From a virus: a DNA stretch of 45,215 nucleotides. Shown in pieces: positions 1-6,475 of the stretch. The stretch is taken from the IMG/VR virus record IMGVR_UViG_3300044698_000125, positions 1 to 45,215 of that record. One strand, given 5' to 3'. Each line of letters opens with the position of its first letter. Position 1 is the first letter of the stretch. The notes below the pieces were generated by a model, which was not told where the DNA came from, did not search any database, and worked only from the letters and a program-made list of their open reading frames with translations. The position numbers and the translations under genes are program-made.

Positions 1-127
1 CATCCCAGCACACTCTCGAGCCCATTGTATTGGTATGTGATCGAATACGGTGGCGTGCTCGAGCTGGCCGTCTCGTTTACGTTCTTCGGCGTGCGCGGGA
101 TCGTGTCGACGACAGCGGAAGGCGGCG
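1..127. repeat. Terminal direct repeat (copy 1), identical to 45089-45215; circular-assembly overlap or true terminal redundancy
   Basis: Base-by-base identity of the two 127-nt ends. Confidence 0.95.
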
Positions 128-693
128 CCGGCGCTGCCGACTCCGGCCTGGTGATGTATTCGGCGACGGCGCGCGCTGACGTGCCCTATACGTACATCGG
201 CTACACCCTCGATGCGCAGGCGGCGGCCGGCACCTGGGCGGCCGTGCCGTCGGCCGTGCACCTCGCGCCGTTCGCACCGCCGGAAATCGCATTCTCAGCG
301 CACAAAAACGCCGTCAATCAAACCGGCATCGTTTCCGGTGCGAACACGATCGTGACTTTTAGCACGGAGCTTTTCGACAAAAGTGGGCATTTTGGCGGCA
401 GCGCGTTCACGCCGCCGCCTGGCATTTATCGGCTTAATGCCGCCGTGCTTTGGGTCGCGGGCGTGGACCAGGCGCAAAGCGTCGCCATGATCTTTAAAAA
501 CGGCAGCCTCCTGCATTCCGGCCCTATCGTCAGATGTTCTGGGACCGGAAATTACAGCACTCACGTCTCGGTAGATGTGGTGGCGAACGGCACGGACTAT
601 TTCGCGGTCTATGTCATTCAGAATTCGGGTAGCAATCAGGACATCGATGGCGCGGTCGCTTATACCTATTTCACCTGCTCTAAACGAGGCTGA
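1..693 (+). CDS. Tail fibre protein, C-terminal part (continuation of the ORF starting at 44717 across the circular junction); C-terminus tentatively C1q/TNF-like
   Basis: nt 1 is a codon start in frame with ATG 44717 once the 127-nt overlap is collapsed. Frame stays open to TGA 691-693. Joined product is 354 aa. Confidence 0.8.
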   Translation, partial: HPSTLSSPLYWYVIEYGGVLELAVSFTFFGVRGIVSTTAEGGAGAADSGLVMYSATARADVPYTYIGYTLDAQAAAGTWAAVPSAVHLAPFAPPEIAFSAHKNAVNQTGIVSGANTIVTFSTELFDKSGHFGGSAFTPPPGIYRLNAAVLWVAGVDQAQSVAMIFKNGSLLHSGPIVRCSGTGNYSTHVSVDVVANGTDYFAVYVIQNSGSNQDIDGAVAYTYFTCSKRG

Positions 694-696
694 GAA

Positions 697-1110
697 ATGC
701 ACAATGCGCTCCTCATGTTATTTCCTGATTTCAAGCCCGGTGATTGGGTGCTACAGAATGACGGTGACGGCAGGGGGCCTTATATAAAATCTTGGAATCG
801 GCCGGAGCCGCAACCCACTCCTGAGCAGATAGCCGCCGTCGCCCCCGCCGCAAATACCAAAGCTGCGGCGCTTACCAAAATCAACGCAGAGGAAGCCGAG
901 AACAAGATCGGTCAACGCTTCCTGCGGGAATTGGTATTGCAGCTCGGCTTGCAGTTTGGAAGCATCACGCCCGCAATGCTCGACTACACCGTGCCGCTCG
1001 ACACGAGTTCGGCTGAGTGGAAGGCGCTTTCCTACGGGGTGAGATTGTGCGTGTTACAGGAGCGCATCTGCACGGAACAGCGCACCATCATTACGGCGGC
1101 AGGCGGCTGA
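697..1110 (+). CDS. XkdW-like tail-fibre-associated protein
   Basis: N-terminus LFPDFKPGDWVLQNDGDGRGPYIKSWNRPEPQPTPEQI matches the XkdW-type pattern as I recall it. Lies directly after the tail fibre gene. Confidence 0.55.
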   Translation: MHNALLMLFPDFKPGDWVLQNDGDGRGPYIKSWNRPEPQPTPEQIAAVAPAANTKAAALTKINAEEAENKIGQRFLRELVLQLGLQFGSITPAMLDYTVPLDTSSAEWKALSYGVRLCVLQERICTEQRTIITAAGG

Positions 1111-1111
1111 C

Positions 1112-1450
1112 ATGAAACTACTTCTTGTTTTTGGCATCGCGTACATCGTGCTCATTTTCACCTGGGTGCTGTACCTCGCGATCATGAACCTGTCGGAGCA
1201 TCGGGCATCGCTGACCGGCGTAGTGAAATTCCACGCTTACTGCATCGTGCTGCCGGTCGGGTATGTGTTCGACGCAATCCTGAATCTGATGATCTGCCTT
1301 GCCTTCTTGCGTCGTCCTCGGGACTGGCTGCTGACCGGGACGTTGAAGCGCTACCTGAACACCGACACCGGCTGGCGTAGCGCCGTCGCCGCGTGGATGT
1401 GCACGAATTTGCTTGACCCGTTTGACCCCAGCGGGACGCATTGTGACTGA
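1112..1450 (+). CDS. Hypothetical integral membrane protein
   Basis: ATG 1 nt after the preceding stop. Hydrophobic segments LLLVFGIAYIVLIFTWVLYLAI and YCIVLPVGYVFDAILNLMICLAFL. Confidence 0.6.
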   Translation: MKLLLVFGIAYIVLIFTWVLYLAIMNLSEHRASLTGVVKFHAYCIVLPVGYVFDAILNLMICLAFLRRPRDWLLTGTLKRYLNTDTGWRSAVAAWMCTNLLDPFDPSGTHCD

Positions 1451-1463
1451 GGTTGTGAAAAAA

Positions 1464-1979
1464 ATGACGATAAATTCTGTCGCCAACAAAATATGGACTG
1501 CGTTCGGCCTTCTGGTTGCCGGCACGGCGCTCACTTTTATGACCTCGTGGTACTGGGTGCAGCGCGCGGACGATCAACGTACCGAAGAAAAGGTGGCAGC
1601 GGCGCGGGCCGAAATGCAAAAACGCATTACGGAACTGGAAAAACAACTGGAGCTGGTGCGCCAGTCGGTCGTGCCCATCAGCACGGCGTTCCAGGCCATC
1701 CTGATCAAGGAACTGACGCACTACCACACGCCGGTCATGGATGCGCTGATGGTTAAACTCGGCCCGCCTTACACGCTGTCCGAAGCGGAGGAGCGCGAGC
1801 TTATTGCAGCACTCGAACAGCGCACGCGCGACATGGGGGAGTTGATTTCTCCGTCAGAACGGGACGCGGCGCGCATGTTGCCACTGTTGATGAAGCGAGT
1901 CAGCCGAGAGCGCAGCGTGGACATCAACACGCTGCAGTTGAAGGTGGTCGGGTTCCCGAAAGCGACGGATGAAAAATGA
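1464..1979 (+). CDS. Hypothetical membrane-anchored coiled-coil protein
   Basis: ATG 1464 downstream of GAGG. N-terminal TM segment IWTAFGLLVAGTALTFMTSWYWV followed by charged helical sequence. The ORF track starts further upstream at 1413. Confidence 0.6.
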   Translation: MTINSVANKIWTAFGLLVAGTALTFMTSWYWVQRADDQRTEEKVAAARAEMQKRITELEKQLELVRQSVVPISTAFQAILIKELTHYHTPVMDALMVKLGPPYTLSEAEERELIAALEQRTRDMGELISPSERDAARMLPLLMKRVSRERSVDINTLQLKVVGFPKATDEK

Positions 1980-1996
1980 TATTGAACAGGTCGAGC

Positions 1997-2401
1997 TTAA
2001 CACTCGGTGGATTTATTCTTTACCCACCTCTCGACGGCGCCCGCGCCATTGTGCCAGGTATCCGTTGCATAGTAAGTTTGCACACTTGTTTTATTGTCCC
2101 CGATGGCGGTTATATCGATCGTCAAATAGGTATCGATGCCTAAACCACCGTGCAGTGCCACGGTCACGTTGCCGGATCGAATATCAGTGTAAAGATCGCC
2201 CTGCACGATCATCTGGGCCGTGATCATGCCGGCCTGATAGCAGGTCCGGGCTTGTGTCACGATCGATCGGTAAACGGACTGGTAATTTTGATCGATTTCA
2301 AACGCCAGCTTGCCGGCATGCTGTGCCTTAAGGCCCTGGATTGTTGCCGGCGCGCAGGCGGAAAGCACAAAGATTAAAACGATTAGATAGAATGTGCGCA
2401 C
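1997..2401 (-). CDS. Lipoprotein (lysogeny-operon moron; superinfection-exclusion candidate)
   Basis: Signal peptide plus lipobox MRTFYLIVLIFVLSAC. Last gene of the only minus-strand operon. Confidence 0.7.
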   Translation of the reverse strand: MRTFYLIVLIFVLSACAPATIQGLKAQHAGKLAFEIDQNYQSVYRSIVTQARTCYQAGMITAQMIVQGDLYTDIRSGNVTVALHGGLGIDTYLTIDITAIGDNKTSVQTYYATDTWHNGAGAVERWVKNKSTEC

Positions 2402-2423
2402 GACGGCATCCTCTGATCAAGGC

Positions 2424-2678
2424 TTACTTGCAGTTTGCCGGTTGGCACGCGCAACCGCAACCCTTTGTGCGGTGGCAGTGACACTCACCTGTCCGTCGGT
2501 TGAAATGGCATCCGCAGGCGTTCAATCCGCCGCCATGAAAAACTGCATCAGCTGATGCAGAAACGATGCGACAGTCACCCTCTTTGATCAGCGTGGCCTC
2601 AACAGGCGCGCCTGTCGCAACTAGCATTGAGAATAAAAATATCGCCGCATGAAGCATTGGCGCCCAAAAATTGTTCAT
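2424..2678 (-). CDS. Secreted Cys/His-rich protein, YHYH-domain-like (CHCH variant)
   Basis: N-terminal signal-like segment. HGGGLNACGCHFNRRTGECHCH resembles the YHYH-domain core (GG..G.H.NRKTGEYHYH) as recalled. C-terminal GCGCACQPANC. Confidence 0.5.
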   Translation of the reverse strand: MNNFWAPMLHAAIFLFSMLVATGAPVEATLIKEGDCRIVSASADAVFHGGGLNACGCHFNRRTGECHCHRTKGCGCACQPANCK

Positions 2679-2992
2679 TTGAATAACGAGATCAACGCGA
2701 GCTGCTTTTCCGGCACCATTCCCTGGAATATTCTCAGCAATTGGCGCTCGGCATCCGTCAGCACGGGAGATTGATACTCAGAGCCAGTCGGTTCATTGAT
2801 CCTGTGCCCCGCCATTAGAGCCAGTTTGTCCAGGCTTTTTTCGAGCCTGTTCACAACCTCGGAATTCAGGCTCCTCCCGTTTATTTTTGCTTCTTTTTCA
2901 AGTGCTTGCTTAAGCTCATCAGGCATCCGCACATGGATCGAGTTCATGTCACGGACAGACAATTGAGGCACCTCCACTGTGGATAATTTCAC
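2675..2992 (-). CDS. Arc/MetJ-type ribbon-helix-helix repressor (prophage repressor candidate); likely true start is ATG at 2947
   Basis: IHVRMPDELKQALEKEAKINGRSLNSEVVNRLEKSL is a typical Arc-family RHH. Transcribed divergently from the early operon. Confidence 0.7.
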   Translation of the reverse strand: MKLSTVEVPQLSVRDMNSIHVRMPDELKQALEKEAKINGRSLNSEVVNRLEKSLDKLALMAGHRINEPTGSEYQSPVLTDAERQLLRIFQGMVPEKQLALISLFK

Positions 2993-3009
2993 AGTTTAAT
3001 CACCGGCAC

Positions 3010-3053
3010 TTGACATCCATAGTTCCACGGTGGGACTATATGTCCCATTGTGG
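3010..3053. promoter_or_regulatory. Divergent switch region: rightward promoter (TTGACA 3010-3015, GACTAT 3034-3039) overlapped by an imperfect palindromic operator at 3025-3053
   Basis: CCACGGTGGGAC-TATAT-GTCCCATTGTGG has 10 of 12 arm positions complementary. On the minus strand, GGGACA and AACTAT are spaced by 16 nt inside the same palindrome. Confidence 0.5.
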
Positions 3054-3070
3054 TATCTATGGGAGCACCA

Positions 3071-3250
3071 ATGAACCTCGTCGCAAAGGCCAACGATACC
3101 TCCGTCCGGGTGCGGGTGCCGCGCAAAGTCCTGCGCGAACTCGACCTGGCCGCCGCCCAGGCAGGTCGCAGCCGCAACTCCGAAATCATCTATCGCCTCA
3201 AGCAAAGCCTGCTCGATCAGCAACCGCAGTCTGCCTCCCAGCCAGCCTAG
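3071..3250 (+). CDS. Arc-type ribbon-helix-helix protein (Cro/Apl-like role by position)
   Basis: VRVRVPRKVLRELDLAAAQAGRSRNSEIIYRLKQSL. ATG 3071 is preceded by GGGAG. The ORF track starts at GTG 3050. Confidence 0.7.
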   Translation: MNLVAKANDTSVRVRVPRKVLRELDLAAAQAGRSRNSEIIYRLKQSLLDQQPQSASQPA

Positions 3251-3267
3251 TGAATAGGTGAAACGAC

Positions 3268-3741
3268 ATGGCCGATTCCCGCAAGGTTCTCCCGAAAGAC
3301 GTGCACGAAGCCGCGCGCAGCCTGGCGCTGGAATACGGCGTGGAGCGGCTGGCGGCGGAGACCGGGACGCCTCCCGGCACGATCTACAACAAGATCAATA
3401 CACACGGCGGGCCCGAGGCGCATCACAAGCCGACGCTGGCCGATGCGCTGATCTGGCAGCGGCTCTCGGGCGATCACCGCATCCTGCACGCGGAGGCGCA
3501 GACGCTGGGCGAGGTGTGTTTCCCGCTGCCCGATCTCAGCCAGGTTTCCGACGCGGCGCTGCTCGAGCTGCTGACCAAGGTCGGCGCGGAGGGCGGGGAT
3601 TTCCATCGCGCGATCAACAGCGCGCTCAGCGACGGCCGGTTCACCAGGAAGGAAATCGTCAGCATCCGGAAGGAAGGCTTCGAGTTTATCGCCGCGATCG
3701 CCGAGGCGATGGAGCGCATGGAGGGGCTGGTCGATGAGTGA
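3268..3741 (+). CDS. cII: Phage regulatory protein CII (phage 186 CII / CP76 family)
   Basis: LAAETGTPPGTIYNKINTHGG...HKPT...LSGDHRILHAEAQTLGEVCFPLP parallels 186 CII LAERAGMNVQTLRNKLNPEQPHQFTP...LAQIHCLPCVP. Position is right of the switch. Confidence 0.7.
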   Translation: MADSRKVLPKDVHEAARSLALEYGVERLAAETGTPPGTIYNKINTHGGPEAHHKPTLADALIWQRLSGDHRILHAEAQTLGEVCFPLPDLSQVSDAALLELLTKVGAEGGDFHRAINSALSDGRFTRKEIVSIRKEGFEFIAAIAEAMERMEGLVDE

Positions 3742-3967
3742 CCTCATCCCTCATCCCTCATCCCTCATCCCTCGCGCGGCGCCGCCGGCGCTGAGCAAGC
3801 ACGGCATCACCACGATCACCGACAACCGCAACGGACGGGAGGTCAATTATGCTGCGGATTTTGTGTTCTTTTTTCGGGATGAACTGGTGGCCCGTTTCGT
3901 TCGACCTGCCGTCGTCGGCCCTGGACCATGTCCAGCCCCAATCAGCTCCGGCTCGGGCTCGAAGTGA
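3734..3967 (+). CDS. Hypothetical protein; 5' end encoded by the (TCATCCC)4 tract
   Basis: ATG overlaps the cII stop (ATGAGTGA). GC3 bias is good only for roughly the first 45 codons. 3' limit uncertain. Confidence 0.35.
   Translation: MSDLIPHPSSLIPRAAPPALSKHGITTITDNRNGREVNYAADFVFFFRDELVARFVRPAVVGPGPCPAPISSGSGSK
3744..3771 (+). repeat. (TCATCCC)4 perfect heptanucleotide tandem repeat
   Basis: Read directly; lies at the cII stop / next ORF start. Confidence 0.95.
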
Positions 3968-4128
3968 CGCCGAGCGAGCAGGACCTGCGGGCGGTGTTCC
4001 GCAAAACGCGGCTTTGCATGTCGTTCGACCGCGCGATGCAGTCGCCGCCGATCGCGCGTTGCCTGCACGCTGCAGCCAAGGCGGCATTGTCCCACGCGTC
4101 GCGACGATCGAAGCGATCCGGGCCCTGA
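3928..4128 (+). CDS. Hypothetical protein
   Basis: Strong GC3 bias from 3928 to about 4075, then bias moves to another frame. Confidence 0.35.
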   Translation: MSSPNQLRLGLEVTPSEQDLRAVFRKTRLCMSFDRAMQSPPIARCLHAAAKAALSHASRRSKRSGP

Positions 4129-4130
4129 AG

Positions 4131-4298
4131 GTGGTCCGGCTCCGCGGGGAACCCGCGAACGTCCTGCTGCATCCGCGGCTGCGGTGCGAAGAGGCCGCGC
4201 TGCTCGCGGCGCGTCTCGGCTGCCGGCTCATCTGGAACGGGATGCGCGTGCGTCTCATCCGGGACGATCGCGCGCTCGGGCATGCCGCGCATATCTGA
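4131..4298 (+). CDS. Hypothetical protein (start uncertain; GTG 4131 or upstream TTG)
   Basis: Strong GC3 bias in this frame from about 4080 to TGA 4296-4298. Confidence 0.3.
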   Translation: MVRLRGEPANVLLHPRLRCEEAALLAARLGCRLIWNGMRVRLIRDDRALGHAAHI

Positions 4299-4342
4299 TT
4301 GGGCGCTCGCCGCCGCGCTGATTCTGGCGCTGGCGGTGATCT

Positions 4343-5020
4343 ATGAGCAACTTAACCGGAGGGATGAGCATGGAAGTGATGCACCGATATCTTACAGAAA
4401 GCCAGCAGTCGCTGTTGCTGGTGACGCTCAAACTGCTCGCGTCGACGCTGGCCAGGCGCGACCGTGCATGGATCAATCTGCTGAAAAATACGGGAATGCG
4501 CATTGGCGAATTCTCCCGCCTGACCGTGCGCCAGGCGCGGCAGGCGCTGGAGACGGGCTGGCTGTTCATCCCGAAGGAGCACCGCAAGGGCAAGCGCGCC
4601 GACCATAGCGTCGCGATCACGGACCCCGTGCGCGAGGATCTGAAGGCGCTGCTGGCGATCCAGCGCGAAATGGGCGGCGCCGGCGCGGATGACGAGCCGC
4701 TGATCTATTCCCGCAAGGGCGGGCGCATGAGCGTCCGCGCCTATCAGGAGCGTTTCACCTATTGGTGCCGGCACTGCGGCTTCACCGCGAGCCCGCACTG
4801 GATGCGCCACACGAGGGCGATGAACATCATGCGCCGCTCGACCAGCACCGACCCGCGCGGCGCCGTCCAGAGCGCACTCGGACACATCTCAATCAGCTCG
4901 ACAGGGGTCTATACCCGCATGAGCAAAGAGGAACTGCTGCGCGTGCTCGATGAAGTGGACGGCAAGCGGCGATCGCCGAAAAAGAAGCTGCGCGAGATTT
5001 ATGAGGGGAGGGCGGCATGA
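4343..5020 (+). CDS. Small tyrosine recombinase consisting essentially of the catalytic domain
   Basis: NTGMRIGEF (Arg I), HWMRHTRA (H-x-x-R) and LGHISISSTGVYTR (His/Tyr nucleophile). About 215-225 aa with no room for an N-terminal core-binding domain. Confidence 0.75.
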   Translation: MSNLTGGMSMEVMHRYLTESQQSLLLVTLKLLASTLARRDRAWINLLKNTGMRIGEFSRLTVRQARQALETGWLFIPKEHRKGKRADHSVAITDPVREDLKALLAIQREMGGAGADDEPLIYSRKGGRMSVRAYQERFTYWCRHCGFTASPHWMRHTRAMNIMRRSTSTDPRGAVQSALGHISISSTGVYTRMSKEELLRVLDEVDGKRRSPKKKLREIYEGRAA

Positions 5021-5214
5021 AGCTCGGCTTCGCGCGGGCCGTGACGCTGCACGGCGACCAATGGCGCACTGGCTCTTATCTGGAGGCTTATCGCAAAAAC
5101 CTTCGCCGCGTGGGTGATGCATTGGTGAGGAGCGGCGATGACTGCAGCCATGATTTTCGAGATTTCTTGAATATGAAGTTCCGAGCCGCACGGAAAACGC
5201 AGGCGATCACATGA
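5017..5214 (+). CDS. Hypothetical protein
   Basis: ATGA overlap with the recombinase stop, and its own stop overlaps the next start. Confidence 0.45.
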   Translation: MKLGFARAVTLHGDQWRTGSYLEAYRKNLRRVGDALVRSGDDCSHDFRDFLNMKFRAARKTQAIT

Positions 5215-5483
5215 TGCCATCCTTCAACATCCAGCTCCTGATCGAGGCCGTCACACAGGCGCTGATCGCGCTCACCAGCCTTGCCGCGATCTGGATGGTC
5301 ACCCGCGACAAATCGTGGTCCAGGTGGGGCTATATGGTTGGTCTCGCCGGACAGCCGTTCTGGCTCTACAGCACGTTCGCCGCCGGGCAGGTGGGGATGT
5401 TTATCGTCTCCCTGCTGTACACCTGGTTCTGGATGCAGTCGATTCGGGACGAATGGTTCAGTAAGCCGGAAAAAAAGACATGA
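5211..5483 (+). CDS. Hypothetical small membrane protein (about 3 TM)
   Basis: Hydrophobic segments ALIALTSLAAIWMV, MVGLAGQPFWLYSTF and MFIVSLLYTWFWM. Confidence 0.6.
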   Translation: MMPSFNIQLLIEAVTQALIALTSLAAIWMVTRDKSWSRWGYMVGLAGQPFWLYSTFAAGQVGMFIVSLLYTWFWMQSIRDEWFSKPEKKT

Positions 5484-5680
5484 ACGCGCCGGCAACCATT
5501 CCGGCCCCGGTGCAGCGGTTCGCGCACGAGGCCGGCAACAACAAGATCGAGGTCTGCCTGGTTTGCAGGGGCGAGGGCAGGGTGCCCTACGTCGCCGTCG
5601 ACCGCTTCACCGGAGACAACACGCTCACCACCGCGACCTGTTGCCGCTGTCTCGGCGCCGGCCGCATCAAATCCAATTAG
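5480..5680 (+). CDS. Small DnaJ-type zinc-finger protein
   Basis: Two CxxCxGxG motifs: CLVCRGEGRV and CCRCLGAGRI. Confidence 0.6.
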   Translation: MNAPATIPAPVQRFAHEAGNNKIEVCLVCRGEGRVPYVAVDRFTGDNTLTTATCCRCLGAGRIKSN

Positions 5681-5691
5681 GAGATCAAGCC

Positions 5692-5991
5692 ATGTATGCG
5701 AATACGCATGCCGGGGTCCCGCTTTCCCCGGACGAGTTCGACGCCGAAGTCGAAAAGATCGACACCGCCGTCGCCGCCTTTTCAACCGAAATGAAAGAAC
5801 ACCTGATCAACAAGCTGCGCCAGGGCTGGCGCGGCTGGGACGATCCGGCGAACGCGCAGGAGATCTACAACGCGATGCTCGCGCACGGCGCGGCGATCCC
5901 GCTGGCCATCGGACAGGAGGCGGCGATCGCGAACTTCGCGATGTTCCTCTGGTATCACCGCAACGGCCGCAAGCCGCAGGTCAGATCATGA
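5692..5991 (+). CDS. Hypothetical protein
   Basis: ATG 5692 is preceded by AGGAG (5679-5683). Internal start of track ORF 5281..5991. Confidence 0.6.
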   Translation: MYANTHAGVPLSPDEFDAEVEKIDTAVAAFSTEMKEHLINKLRQGWRGWDDPANAQEIYNAMLAHGAAIPLAIGQEAAIANFAMFLWYHRNGRKPQVRS

Positions 5992-6092
5992 TCTGCCCGG
6001 GTATGCAGGATGCGGAAATCATCATCATGGTGCTGATTTCTCTGGCCGCAGGCGCGATGATCTGCGCGATTTTCCTGGGGCTCCGAAAATGA
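5988..6092 (+). CDS. Small hydrophobic peptide (34 aa, MICPGMQDAEIIIMVLISLAAGAMICAIFLGLRK)
   Basis: ATGA overlaps at both ends (5988-5991 and 6089-6092). Below the ORF-track length cut-off. Confidence 0.4.
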   Translation: MICPGMQDAEIIIMVLISLAAGAMICAIFLGLRK

Positions 6093-6475
6093 ATCTTGGC
6101 CAGCTCATCGGGCAACTGCGGCTGCGTATCGACACGCTGGAAGAGCAGGTCGCGCGCTGTGTGTGCGGAGCATCTCATGAAGATGAGCCCGCCCACATCG
6201 CCTTGCGTCAGGTGGCCGAAGGTGCGCCGGAGAAGCCAGCGGCAGAGACGCTGCCGATTCCGCCGTGCCGCCGCAAGGTCGATGCGAAAGGCAGGATTCT
6301 GCGCGTGCTCCAGACGGCCGAGGGGCCGCTCAGGATGGGCGAGATCAGGAAACGGGCGGACAACTTGTGGGAAACGAATGCGAGCGTTGCCATGTTGAAA
6401 CTGATCGACGAAGGCAGGATCACCCGCAAAGGCAAGCCGGGATTCTACGAATACGAACTCGTGAGGGAAGAATGA
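6089..6475 (+). CDS. Hypothetical winged-helix DNA-binding protein
   Basis: C-terminus GRILRVLQTAEGPLRMGEIRKRAD...LKLIDEGRITRKGKPGFYEY is wHTH-like. Confidence 0.55.
   Translation: MNLGQLIGQLRLRIDTLEEQVARCVCGASHEDEPAHIALRQVAEGAPEKPAAETLPIPPCRRKVDAKGRILRVLQTAEGPLRMGEIRKRADNLWETNASVAMLKLIDEGRITRKGKPGFYEYELVREE

Noticed and set aside
25-693. Independent 222-aa gene starting at TTG 25
   Set aside because: It is the in-frame continuation of the ORF beginning at 44717 across the circular junction. The apparent start is only the first start-like codon after the window edge.
4282-4608. ORF 4282-4608 beginning with a TM-like peptide (MPRISDWALAAALILALAVIY)
   Set aside because: Beyond about 25 codons it runs out of frame through the recombinase gene, which has clear catalytic motifs. 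At most a very short leader peptide could be real, and that cannot be supported here.
6265-6471. N-terminal extension of the ATPase ORF, and similar upstream extensions (11488, 14258, 33544, 34218, 36851, 39364, 39995, 40783, 28848, 32280)
   Set aside because: The extensions overlap the preceding gene in another frame and have poor composition. Internal ATG/GTG codons that overlap the upstream stop or follow an RBS give the expected protein N-termini.
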